A stretch of 20,000 bases of DNA from an uncultured virus (IMG/VR IMGVR_UViG_3300042881_000982) (IMGVR_UViG_3300042881_000982), one strand, 5' to 3'; numbered from the stretch's first letter, positions 8,158-16,458 are shown. Notes: generated by a model from the letters alone, not told the origin. Numbers and translations: made by a program.

Positions 8158-10079
8158 TAGCGACGTCCATCCGGACGCGCATCGAGGCGGGGTGCGCCAA
8201 GCTGCCATTGGACACCGAGGGTCTCGGACCTGATCTTAAGCGCCATCTGGCGAGCGCGGGCACGCATGAAGACCTGATCGGTATAGACGCCAACTGAATT
8301 TTCTATGACGCGCTGCGTATCAGCAGCATCCGAACTGAACGCACTGCCGGGGAAGTTGCGTGGTCGGATAGTCAACGTGACCTCAGGAGATGCAGCGGTC
8401 GAACCATCAAAACTAACGTCAGGTAGTATGCGTCGGGCCAGCATGAAGTTGTCGCCGTCGTCGAGATCAAAGTCCGATGATTGGATATAGCTGTCCATAG
8501 GCAGCACATCGTCGTCGATACCGTCTTCATGGTTATAAATGAAGCCGTCGCCAGTGGTTACTGTGCTACCTTCAACTGTAATTGGTGTGTTTGCAGCCTG
8601 CGGATACTGGCGGATCGGCGTATCGAGCCAAGCCGTGCGGTCAATCGAACCATAATACCAGATACGTTCGAGGTGGTTATAGATGACGTAAGCGTTGTTG
8701 TAGTCGCTATCAGCCGTCGGGTAGAACCACCAGACTTCGTTCCACTGCTCGTTGGTGCCGCAGACAATCTGGTCGGATTGGGCAAAGTTGATGTTGTTGA
8801 ACACGTGGTTACGCAAGGTGCAAGGTAGCGTCTCGACGCGACCGGTATAGGCATAGAACTTATCTTGGCCCATCCAGTAGGTGATGTTTGCAGCCGAAGC
8901 CATGGATCGCGGCGAAGCAATCGAGATGTTGTCCGCGTATTCCTGCAAACCAAACACGTCGGTCGTACCAAGGAACTGAAGCGTATACAGGTTGGTGTCA
9001 GTCCAAACCAAGATTTCCTGACGAGTTGGTAGTGCGCGCACGATACGCGAACCGCGAGATACACGGAGGTCGCCAGCAGTGTTAGTCTGGGTGGGGGTCC
9101 AATCCCCCGGAGTATCTTGGTCAGCCCAGCGGATCAACAGTGGGTCAAAGTCGTCAGGGTCCACACTTCCAAAGGGCACCGCGCCAAATGAAATAAGGTG
9201 TTTGTCCTGTTGCGATACCAGCAACTGCATGACCCGTATAGGAACGGCAGCAGCCGTATATCCTTCGTTCGTCGCATACTCCTGTAAGGTAATAGCGTGC
9301 GTGGCCAATGAGGTCTGCGGGTCGTCTGTTGGGCCACGAACCCACCAGTAAGGTGCACCATTGCGGATGTTCATCGCAAGGTCGTTGTCGAAGTTGTCAA
9401 ACCACCAGTCGCGCTGCGGAAGGTTGATACCGCCCGTGGTGCTACCTAGACCCCAAGCGTCACGCCCCCAAGTCCCCGCACCCCAACCAAGACCTGCGAT
9501 TGTAATGGGGTTGCCCGGTTCAATTTCAGCTTTAACCGTGTAGCCCGCGCCACTTACAGAGGTGGTAGATGTAGCAGGTGTAGCTACCGTAAAGGTAAAA
9601 CTGTTTGCTCCGGTCTTCGTGATTACGTGCGTTGTGTTTAGTTCGATGATGGGGATGCCGCCAAGAGCCGACACAAACCCAGCAACAAGCGCGGGTTCTC
9701 CCGTCACCAACCAAGATGGAAGTGGAGCAGTTGTAGTAACCGTGACGATTGCAGATAGGTTGGTTACTGCGAAGGTGTTGGACCCTGCAAGCGCTTCACC
9801 GAACGGAGTAATGTCGTAGTAGTAACCACCGTTCTCAATATAGGCTTTGGTGTCAGTCCCCAGTGCCAGCAGGTTATCGTTGAACGTCGTAATCCAGTTC
9901 CACATCTGGCGGCATACACCATCAAACGAATTAGGCGTAGGCTTTACCCAGCCACCAATCTTCTCCGGATATCCTGAGCGAAACCGTATCTTGTCGCACT
10001 CGTACCAGCCGCCCTCGTTGGAGTAGTCGGTCTGGTCGCGGTTCACACCGGGCTTAAACTGGAGCTTGATGAAGGCCAT
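8157..10079 (-). CDS. Tail hub/nozzle (packaged-DNA stabilisation) protein, P22 gp10-like (640 aa)
   Basis: N-terminal 'KLQFKPGVNRDQTDY...WYECDKIRFRSGYPEKIGGW', Trp/Tyr-rich propeller-like core ('IRWADQD', 'ILVWTD', 'YWMG', 'NEVWWFYP', 'WYYG') and C-terminal 'RARARQMALKI..WQLGAPRLDARPDGRR'. Confidence 0.75.
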   Translation of the reverse strand: MAFIKLQFKPGVNRDQTDYSNEGGWYECDKIRFRSGYPEKIGGWVKPTPNSFDGVCRQMWNWITTFNDNLLALGTDTKAYIENGGYYYDITPFGEALAGSNTFAVTNLSAIVTVTTTAPLPSWLVTGEPALVAGFVSALGGIPIIELNTTHVITKTGANSFTFTVATPATSTTSVSGAGYTVKAEIEPGNPITIAGLGWGAGTWGRDAWGLGSTTGGINLPQRDWWFDNFDNDLAMNIRNGAPYWWVRGPTDDPQTSLATHAITLQEYATNEGYTAAAVPIRVMQLLVSQQDKHLISFGAVPFGSVDPDDFDPLLIRWADQDTPGDWTPTQTNTAGDLRVSRGSRIVRALPTRQEILVWTDTNLYTLQFLGTTDVFGLQEYADNISIASPRSMASAANITYWMGQDKFYAYTGRVETLPCTLRNHVFNNINFAQSDQIVCGTNEQWNEVWWFYPTADSDYNNAYVIYNHLERIWYYGSIDRTAWLDTPIRQYPQAANTPITVEGSTVTTGDGFIYNHEDGIDDDVLPMDSYIQSSDFDLDDGDNFMLARRILPDVSFDGSTAASPEVTLTIRPRNFPGSAFSSDAADTQRVIENSVGVYTDQVFMRARARQMALKIRSETLGVQWQLGAPRLDARPDGRR

Positions 10080-10082
10080 TAG

Positions 10083-10553
10083 CTACCTCAAAAGAATTAA
10101 GTCGGCGTTCCCCGAAACAACAACGTCTACGCTGCGCGGGGCAAAGTACAAACCTTGCGTAGCAGTTTTATCATCAGCAGTCACCTCACCTTGAGCAACG
10201 GTAAAACCCCAGCCAGCAGGTAGCGTGTAGTCACCAGCTACATTAACGTGTCCGGTTTCGGTATCCTCAACGCTCGTCACTCCGTCCATGCACTCTACAC
10301 ACACCCACGCAACGCCTTCAGGGCCAGCAGTGTATGTGGCTCCCGATTGCTTATACTCAGGCGGATCGTTCTGGTAGCCGACAGACCAAGGGGGAAGCGT
10401 GTTACCGTCTTGGACACGCGTGCAAGCACCTTGGAAAACAAAACTAGAAATCCACCGGATATTGCTAATAGCCTTGAACACAAAGGTTTCGTTCGGGTCC
10501 ATATAGACCACGTCAATCTGATAGCGTTTGTACTCGCGGCAGTAGTCGCGCAT
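10083..10553 (-). CDS. Hypothetical protein (156 aa), beta-rich, possibly cupin-like
   Basis: Strong GGAGGAG RBS and in line with its neighbours. The fold guess rests only on 'FVFQG', 'YTAGPEGVAWVCV' and 'FTVAQGEVTAD'. Confidence 0.6.
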   Translation of the reverse strand: MRDYCREYKRYQIDVVYMDPNETFVFKAISNIRWISSFVFQGACTRVQDGNTLPPWSVGYQNDPPEYKQSGATYTAGPEGVAWVCVECMDGVTSVEDTETGHVNVAGDYTLPAGWGFTVAQGEVTADDKTATQGLYFAPRSVDVVVSGNADLILLR

Positions 10554-10639
10554 TACAACTCCTCCGCGTTATGGGTGATTTCCAGATAAAGGTTCAGTTT
10601 CGGGATTTCGATTATTTCTACCCACTCGGCCATATCCAT
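10553..10639 (-). CDS. Small ORF, 26-28 aa: (MD)MAEWVEIIEIPKLNLYLEITHNAEEL
   Basis: Fills the gap between the Gly-rich gene and the 156-aa gene. AAGGA precedes the ATGs at 10639/10633 and the stop overlaps the next start (TAATG). Below the ORF-track length cutoff. Confidence 0.5.
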   Translation of the reverse strand: MDMAEWVEIIEIPKLNLYLEITHNAEEL

Positions 10640-10643
10640 ATCC

Positions 10644-11507
10644 TTATGCGGTCTTGATTACAACGCGACCATTAGCGCCAGCGCCACCGTTTGAAATGGT
10701 GTTGGTGGCTACTGAGCCAGTGCCCCCCGTACCAACTGTAATTGTAAGCACAGTGCCAGCCGGGGAGGTGGCCACTGCGGCAGTAACACGCGAGTAACCA
10801 CCGCCACCGCCACCGCCGCCACCCTGCCCATCGTTAACCTTACCGGCAATATATGTTGCGCCACCACTGCCACCAGCACCGGGTAGGCCGCCGGGATTCC
10901 CCGGTGCTGAAAAACTGCTAACACTAACCGGAAAGCCGCCTACGCCGCCGGATGTAAATGCGTTGACACCAGCCGCAGTACCGCCACCCTCACCACTTTC
11001 TCCGCCAGACCCAGTCGAAATACCAAAGCCGCCTGAGCCGCCAGAAGTATTGGTTGAACCCCCTGAAGCAGTACCACCTGCGCCGCCGGAGGCAACATCC
11101 CCTATAAAGCCTGCGTCATCACCAGCTTGGCCACCATCTGATGTAAGGCTCACGCCGGTTCCAGTAACTGAAGATGCCGTACCTGAGTTGGCTGCTGCGC
11201 TTATACTATACGATCCACCACCGCCGCCCCCGCCCCAGACTTCAATGACAGCCGTGGAGTAGCCAGAAGGCAGGGTAAATGTGCCGCTGGACGTAAAGGT
11301 AGTGGTACTTGGTACGAAATTACTCGTACCGTAGAAGTTCCGGATGCTGATCGCACCAGAGGAGGGCACAGCACCGTAAGTGCCAGTCGTTCCCGGTGGA
11401 ACCCGACCGCCTCCAGCGTAATATTCATTCAACCCGATAGGGTTCGACCCACCAAATTCACCTTGGATATCAGCGAGTGATAGCGGTCCGCTTGTAGGAA
11501 GAGGCAT
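10644..11507 (-). CDS. Glycine-rich tail fibre tip/adhesin-like protein (287 aa)
   Basis: N-terminal 'MPLPTSGPLSLADIQGEFGGSNPIGLNEYY' module, then a Gly-rich domain ('IEVWGGGGGGG', 'GGGGGGGGGYS', 'LTITVGTGG', 'GANGRVVI'). TAATG-coupled to the upstream fibre, like the T-even gp37/gp38 arrangement. Confidence 0.7.
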   Translation of the reverse strand: MPLPTSGPLSLADIQGEFGGSNPIGLNEYYAGGGRVPPGTTGTYGAVPSSGAISIRNFYGTSNFVPSTTTFTSSGTFTLPSGYSTAVIEVWGGGGGGGSYSISAAANSGTASSVTGTGVSLTSDGGQAGDDAGFIGDVASGGAGGTASGGSTNTSGGSGGFGISTGSGGESGEGGGTAAGVNAFTSGGVGGFPVSVSSFSAPGNPGGLPGAGGSGGATYIAGKVNDGQGGGGGGGGGYSRVTAAVATSPAGTVLTITVGTGGTGSVATNTISNGGAGANGRVVIKTA

Positions 11508-14161
11508 TAGATACTCCCAAATCCTGTGACGTTATTGAGTGCGGTAAACGCCCCGTTGCTCTCCAGCTTAGCGATGTTGGTTGCCCCGTATTTAAAGTAC
11601 AGGACGCCACCGCTTTCCACGATGGAGAAGTTGGTCGTAACGAGGTTAGTCGCGTTTGTGGCTGTGCCCGCAGTTGTAGCTGAAGTAGCTGAAGTAGCTG
11701 AAGTAGCTGAAGTAGCCGTAGCGGCGTTGCCGGAGATGTTTATTCCCCAAGTGCCAGATGCACCGGTGCCGTCTGCCTTAGGGGCACCGACCGTGCTATA
11801 GTCAACCGTGCGTGCTGCGGACCCATTAAAGGTCGTGCCTGCCGCTGCGCCACCTGTGTTGGTGAAAGTTACAGCGTTGGTAACTGATCCAGCAGTTGTA
11901 GCCGATCCAGCCGTTGTAGCAGACGTAGCCGTAGCGGCGTTACCGCCAATCGAAAGGGAGGAAGCAGTACCGGTCAAACCCGTGCCAGCGCCAGTGAATG
12001 ACGTAGCACTAACGGTGCCACTAACAACTAACCGCTCCGAGGGACTTGCTGCGCCGATACCTACGTTTCCGTTGGAAAGAACAAAAACTTTGTTGTCGCC
12101 AGTCCCAGACCCACCTGCCCTAAGGAGGAGAGTGCCACTTGTCCCACCTGCAATACCTGCGGTACCAAGAGGATCAGTAAACGCTATAAAAGGATTAAAA
12201 CCGGAAGTTGACGTTACTTGGACAGCGGCAGTTGCAGTACTACCTTGCGAAACTCCCAGCGTTCCGGTCGGTGCAGCAGTCCCAATCCCCAACCGGTTGT
12301 TGGTGTCGTCCCAGAACAGGTTAGCGTTGTCCTGCGAATACACACCGGAAGTACCTGCAAAGACAACGGAACCCACTGTTAAAGCAGTCGTCGTTCCTGT
12401 ACCTCCGTTGGCGACAGGTAATGCAGTGCCGGAAAGCGTTACAGCCAATGTGCCCGACGAAGTAATAGGCGAACCCGTAACTGACAGGAATGAGGGGACC
12501 GACATAGCAACAGAAGTAACCGTGCCACCACCACTACCTGCGCCAATTGCGGTACGGAAGTCGGCTGCGCTCAAAGCAGATACCGTGTTATTTGCGTTGA
12601 AACGTGGGAACGTAACCGCATCAGGGTTAGTCAGGGTAAACATGTTACCCCCAAGCGTCGTAGCCCCTAACGTGTTGTAACTGATCGTTCGGGCGGTAGA
12701 GCCGTCGAAAGTTGTCCCCGACGCAGCACCTGAGCCACCGTTGTTAAAGGTAACCGAATTGACAACAGACCCAGCGCTACCCGTGGTGTTCTGGTTGAGC
12801 GTTGGGAATGTGCAGTTTGTAAGCGTACCAGAAGAAGGCGTGCCAAGTGCGCCGCCCGGAGCGACAAAGTCTGTACCTGCGGTAGCGGCAGTAAAAGCCC
12901 CAGTCCCATTTCCCTTTAGAACACCCGTAAGGGTGGTTGCGCCTGTGCCGCCATTGGCGACAGGTAGCGCCGTGCCGGAAAGCGTGACTGCAAACGTCCC
13001 AGAAGCTGTGATACTAGCAGGAGTAACCGATAAGAACGTAGGCACCGTCATACCGACTGAGGTAACCGTACCCACGGTCGAGCTAGTACCCGCACCGATT
13101 GCAGTACGGAAATCAGAAGCGTTTAAAGCCGAGACCGTGTTATTCGCGTTGAAGCGCGGGAACGTAACCGCATCGGGGTTGGTCAGGATAAACATATTAC
13201 CCCCAACCGTAGTAGCCCCAAGTTCCGTGCGCGCACCAGAAGCAGTCGTAGCGTTCGTTCCGCCATTGGCGATTGGGAGCGTGCCTGAGACCTGCGTGGT
13301 CAGGCTGACGCCGGAGAGTGTGCCGCCAAGAGTAAGCGAACCGGATGTAGTGACCGTACCGGTGAGCGTAAGACCATTGACCGTACCTGTGCCACCAACC
13401 GAGTTTACCGTACCAGCGCCGAGGTTAGACCGTGCGGTTGGCGCATCAACTGCGCCCGTACCGCCATTGGTTACTGCCAGAGCAGTGCCAGACCAGTTGG
13501 AGTTGTTGATCGACGAGAGAACAGCAAGAGAGCCAAGACCAAGGTTAGTCCGTGCATCCGCAGCAGTTGAAGCGCCTGTGCCGCCATCGGCAACAGCAAG
13601 GTCAGTGATGCCCGTGATTGAGCCACCAGTGACGGCGATAGCGTTTGCGTTCTGCGTGGCCATTGTGCCAAGGCCAAGGTTAGTCCGTGCACCCGAAGCA
13701 GTGTTGGAGCCTGTACCGCCTGAGAGAACCGGAAGGGCCGAGGCAAGCGTAAGCGATGTGAGGTGGGTAACAGTATCTACTACGTTAGTACCATTGTTGT
13801 AGACCCACATGGTTTTACCAGCCGGAACCGCAATACCTGTACCTGCGCTAGTCTTAACCGTGACCGTGCCGTCTGTGCCGTTGTTGACGATATACACTTT
13901 TTGGATAGCTGGGACGACAAGGTTATAACCCGTAGTCGCAGTACCCGTTAGGTTGAGGCGCATGTGGCGCGCTGACTGCGAAGCATTGGTATTGGACAGC
14001 GTCAGCGTGACATCAGCATTGGAAAACGCGACCGCAGCGGAACCAACAATGGCCTCTTCGAGTGCCGTACCGAGGTTGACGTTCGTGACGTCGCCCCATG
14101 TGGTCGAGTTCTCACCCGTGGTCATTAACTGGATTTTGAGATTGCTATACGTACTTGCCAT
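11507..14161 (-). CDS. Tail fibre protein (884 aa)
   Basis: N-terminal 'MASTYSNLKIQLMTTGENSTTWGDVTN' anchor, many L(P/A)VxxGGTG and 'ARTNLGLG' shaft motifs, 'NLFWDDTNNRLGIGT', 'GNVGIG' and very high Thr/Gly/Ser/Ala content. AAGGA RBS. Confidence 0.85.
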   Translation of the reverse strand: MASTYSNLKIQLMTTGENSTTWGDVTNVNLGTALEEAIVGSAAVAFSNADVTLTLSNTNASQSARHMRLNLTGTATTGYNLVVPAIQKVYIVNNGTDGTVTVKTSAGTGIAVPAGKTMWVYNNGTNVVDTVTHLTSLTLASALPVLSGGTGSNTASGARTNLGLGTMATQNANAIAVTGGSITGITDLAVADGGTGASTAADARTNLGLGSLAVLSSINNSNWSGTALAVTNGGTGAVDAPTARSNLGAGTVNSVGGTGTVNGLTLTGTVTTSGSLTLGGTLSGVSLTTQVSGTLPIANGGTNATTASGARTELGATTVGGNMFILTNPDAVTFPRFNANNTVSALNASDFRTAIGAGTSSTVGTVTSVGMTVPTFLSVTPASITASGTFAVTLSGTALPVANGGTGATTLTGVLKGNGTGAFTAATAGTDFVAPGGALGTPSSGTLTNCTFPTLNQNTTGSAGSVVNSVTFNNGGSGAASGTTFDGSTARTISYNTLGATTLGGNMFTLTNPDAVTFPRFNANNTVSALSAADFRTAIGAGSGGGTVTSVAMSVPSFLSVTGSPITSSGTLAVTLSGTALPVANGGTGTTTALTVGSVVFAGTSGVYSQDNANLFWDDTNNRLGIGTAAPTGTLGVSQGSTATAAVQVTSTSGFNPFIAFTDPLGTAGIAGGTSGTLLLRAGGSGTGDNKVFVLSNGNVGIGAASPSERLVVSGTVSATSFTGAGTGLTGTASSLSIGGNAATATSATTAGSATTAGSVTNAVTFTNTGGAAAGTTFNGSAARTVDYSTVGAPKADGTGASGTWGINISGNAATATSATSATSATSATTAGTATNATNLVTTNFSIVESGGVLYFKYGATNIAKLESNGAFTALNNVTGFGSI
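11676..11716. repeat. Perfect 9-bp tandem repeat (GTAGCTGAA)x4 plus GTAGC, encoding (ATS)4 in the fibre
   Basis: Read directly from the sequence; no mismatches between units. Confidence 0.9.
12400..13220 (-). repeat. Internal duplication of about 270 bp in the tail fibre (about 12946-13220 and 12400-12668)
   Basis: GATT(V/L)GGNMF(I/T)LTNPDAVTFPRFNANNTVSAL.A.DFRTAIGAG...GTVTSV.M.VP.FLSVT...IT.SGT.AVTLSGTALPVANGGTG occurs twice, offset 546-552 nt. Confidence 0.9.
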
Positions 14162-14170
14162 CTTCGTTCC

Positions 14171-15133
14171 TTACGTCGGTATCTGTACCCAAACAACGGT
14201 GTTGCCGTCTACCACTTGTACCCAATCCCCGGCTTGGGAATCATCAATCGTCTGCCAGCTTGGTGTTTGAGCATCATTTATCGTCGCCCAGTTACCAGTT
14301 TGCGCATCATTAACCGGTTGCCAATTCGCGTCTTGGTTGTCATTGATAACGCCCCAGACAAGCGGAGTGGTAACTCTACCTACCCCTTGTACACCAACAA
14401 GATAAACTTTGGAACCACCTATAACGGTGGCATTACCGATAGCGCCAGAAGCCTCTACGCCCGTGACGGGTACGATTTTAGGTATGCGTACGACGACGCT
14501 GCCAAGATCAACAGTGGCGCTGACGCCTGTTGGGAAGACCGCAGCACCTGCGCTAGTAGCAACTGTACCGACCGCACCTAAGGCTTCTACGCCTGTGGTG
14601 ACTGCATTGGCCCCAGCGCGGGCCTGTACTGTGCCTATATCACCAAGAGCTTCGACGCCAGTAACGACTGCACTTGCGGAGGCTGCGACATTGACGGTGC
14701 CAGTTTCGCCGAGAGCTTCGACGCCTGTTAGGAAGACCGCAGCGCCTGCACTGGTAGCCACCGTACCGATTGCGCCCGAGGCTTCTACGCCTATGGGAGT
14801 TATATTGACTGCACCTGTAGCGTTTGCGGTGCCCGTTTCGCCAAGAGCTTCGACGCCAGTTACGACAGCGGATGCAGCGGCAGATACGGCAACAGTGCCG
14901 ACTTCGCCAAGAGCTTCAACGCCTGTTAGGAAGACGCTAACAATCGACCGAGCATCAGCTTGCCCGACGTCTCCTATGGCTTCGACGCCAGTAACAGAGA
15001 TATTAACTGCGGCTGTAACCGCAACGGAACCAAGAGAGCACGTGGCTTCGACGCCAGTTACATTCTGGTTGGCCCGGTTAGTTTCAAGAAGGTCCGCAAA
15101 GGCGGAAGCCGCGAAAGGAGAGAAACCGAACAT
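14171..15133 (-). CDS. Repeat-rich putative virion structural protein (320 aa)
   Basis: Strong AAGGAGG RBS. 'MFGFSPFAASAFADL' N-terminus, ten and a partial 22-aa xTGVEAxGxxGxxxxxxxxxxx repeats, then five and a partial 11-aa W-x-x-(I/V)-x-D repeats. Lies just upstream of the tail fibre. Confidence 0.7.
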   Translation of the reverse strand: MFGFSPFAASAFADLLETNRANQNVTGVEATCSLGSVAVTAAVNISVTGVEAIGDVGQADARSIVSVFLTGVEALGEVGTVAVSAAASAVVTGVEALGETGTANATGAVNITPIGVEASGAIGTVATSAGAAVFLTGVEALGETGTVNVAASASAVVTGVEALGDIGTVQARAGANAVTTGVEALGAVGTVATSAGAAVFPTGVSATVDLGSVVVRIPKIVPVTGVEASGAIGNATVIGGSKVYLVGVQGVGRVTTPLVWGVINDNQDANWQPVNDAQTGNWATINDAQTPSWQTIDDSQAGDWVQVVDGNTVVWVQIPT

Positions 15134-15182
15134 AATTCTGCTTCCCTCCTTTCGTTATGGGTTGCTTGGTACTAGCAGATTA

Positions 15183-15365
15183 TTAACCACCAAGATACTG
15201 TGCACCGGCAGCGGCGAGTGTGGCGATTACACCGAGAATCCCAGCTATCTTAGTTTTCTTACCAAACTTGGGTTTCGGCGCTTCGTCCATAGGCAGGATT
15301 TTGCCTGCGACTTTCTTAAGGACTGCCTTCTCGGCTTCCTTCTTCAATATGCTCTTAAAATCCAT
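15183..15365 (-). CDS. Small basic protein with a C-terminal hydrophobic helix (60 aa); possible holin/lysis accessory
   Basis: Start moved to ATG 15365 (AAGGAG 7 nt upstream). Lys-rich N-terminus followed by IAGILGVIATLAAAGAQYL. Directly downstream of the endolysin. Confidence 0.55.
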   Translation of the reverse strand: MDFKSILKKEAEKAVLKKVAGKILPMDEAPKPKFGKKTKIAGILGVIATLAAAGAQYLGG

Positions 15366-15376
15366 TGTCGTTCTCC

Positions 15377-15991
15377 TTATGCCCAAGCAGCGTACTTCTT
15401 GGTCTTCAGTTTGCGGTCATCGAGGCCATGTGTGCCCCCGTTGATCCGCTTCGTCAGTGCGAGGATCGCACCGTCGTTAATGCCTTGGTCACAGATACCC
15501 CAAAGCTTGTTTGCGTCAAAGAACCACAAGGCACTTTCAAAACCAAGTTCATTTGCAACGATGTCTGGATTGTCCAAAATCTCTTGTTCGCGACCAATGT
15601 ACTTGCCGAATGCGCGGTAATTGTTCTTGCCCGTCAATTGGAGGGGGCCTCGGCCTTTGTACAGCCACCCTTCGCCTGATGCTTCGTCACCATTGCCCAT
15701 GCGATTGGCGTAGACGCGGTTTGCAATTTTTTCCGGCTTACGTTCGTAGGCACGAGCCAGTGCATCGGTTGGAAAGTATTTACCGAAGATGCTGCGCAAG
15801 CCCTTGGCACTGTAGTTCAGGTTTTCGCTGAACGCCTTGAAGTTGCCCGACTCATGCGCCGTTTGAGCAAAGAAATGCGCAGCCCGATTAGGTGATAATT
15901 TATAAAAAGCCGCAGCCGATTTAAATGTACCCGGACCGAACGCACCATCTGCATGACATCCACATTTGTTTTGAAGATTGATTAAGCTCAT
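15377..15991 (-). CDS. Glycoside hydrolase family 19 endolysin (204 aa)
   Basis: GH19 motifs 'FFAQTAHESGNF', 'ENLNYS', 'YKGRGPLQLTGKNNY' and 'LTKRINGGTHGLDDR'. Start moved to ATG 15991 (ATGA overlap). N-terminal 'LQNKCGCHADGAFGPGT' resembles part of a PG_binding_1 motif. Confidence 0.92.
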   Translation of the reverse strand: MSLINLQNKCGCHADGAFGPGTFKSAAAFYKLSPNRAAHFFAQTAHESGNFKAFSENLNYSAKGLRSIFGKYFPTDALARAYERKPEKIANRVYANRMGNGDEASGEGWLYKGRGPLQLTGKNNYRAFGKYIGREQEILDNPDIVANELGFESALWFFDANKLWGICDQGINDGAILALTKRINGGTHGLDDRKLKTKKYAAWA

Positions 15992-16458
15992 TTGCCAGCA
16001 CTCCGCCAATCAGGGAAGTCATTTTCGTCAACCACGCCGTCACCGTTGGCGTCATAGCGTAGGTCGTTGCGATACTTTTCCCATGGTTCCATGTCGTCGT
16101 CATCAGGTGTGTTAAGAAATTCAGTTTCGATGAAGACATGCGGTAACGGTTCTGGCGCAGGTGTGTCCAGTTCAAGCGGAGCTTCTGGCTCAGGTTCTTT
16201 GTCACGCGCATTAGCGTTAAGGCTAAGGCCACCGAGTAGGCCGACGAAGGCACCAATGATCGTCTGGAAGGCAGGATTAATCATATCCAAGACAGCGGTG
16301 CTGTCCACCACGTCGTTAGGCACAAACATACCCACAACAAGTGCCAGCACAACGACAAGAATAACTGCCGATAGCGTGACGATTGCCACGCGCACAACAA
16401 ACTCAACGGTGTCGTTGACGCCGTCATGCTTGCTTTCAAAACTACTCAGGAAGCTCAT
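15988..16458 (-). CDS. Two-TM membrane protein with an acidic tail ending in an EF-hand-like loop (156 aa); holin/antiholin candidate
   Basis: Start moved to ATG 16458 (AAGGAG RBS). TM1 VAIVTLSAVILVVVLALVVGMFV, TM2 AFQTIIGAFVGLLGGLSL, tail loop DANGDGVVDEND. Confidence 0.65.
   Translation of the reverse strand: MSFLSSFESKHDGVNDTVEFVVRVAIVTLSAVILVVVLALVVGMFVPNDVVDSTAVLDMINPAFQTIIGAFVGLLGGLSLNANARDKEPEPEAPLELDTPAPEPLPHVFIETEFLNTPDDDDMEPWEKYRNDLRYDANGDGVVDENDFPDWRSAGK

Noticed and set aside
10644..11300. Collagen-like or PE-PGRS protein
   Set aside because: There is no sustained Gly-X-Y triplet register and no PE domain. The pattern fits a phage Gly-rich adhesin domain.
12400..13220. Diversity-generating retroelement template/variable repeat pair
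   Set aside because: Both copies lie mid-gene in the same frame, the differences look largely synonymous rather than adenine-specific, and no reverse transcriptase is present in the window.
11526..15620. Long plus-strand ORFs (11808..12680, 12741..13802, 14409..15620)
   Set aside because: They are antisense shadows of Thr/Gly/Ala/Val-rich minus-strand genes. The translations are Pro/Val/Ala mirror sequences with no recognisable motifs.
15377..15991. Chitinase as an auxiliary metabolic gene
   Set aside because: GH19 next to membrane and lipoprotein genes in a phage late region is best explained as the endolysin.
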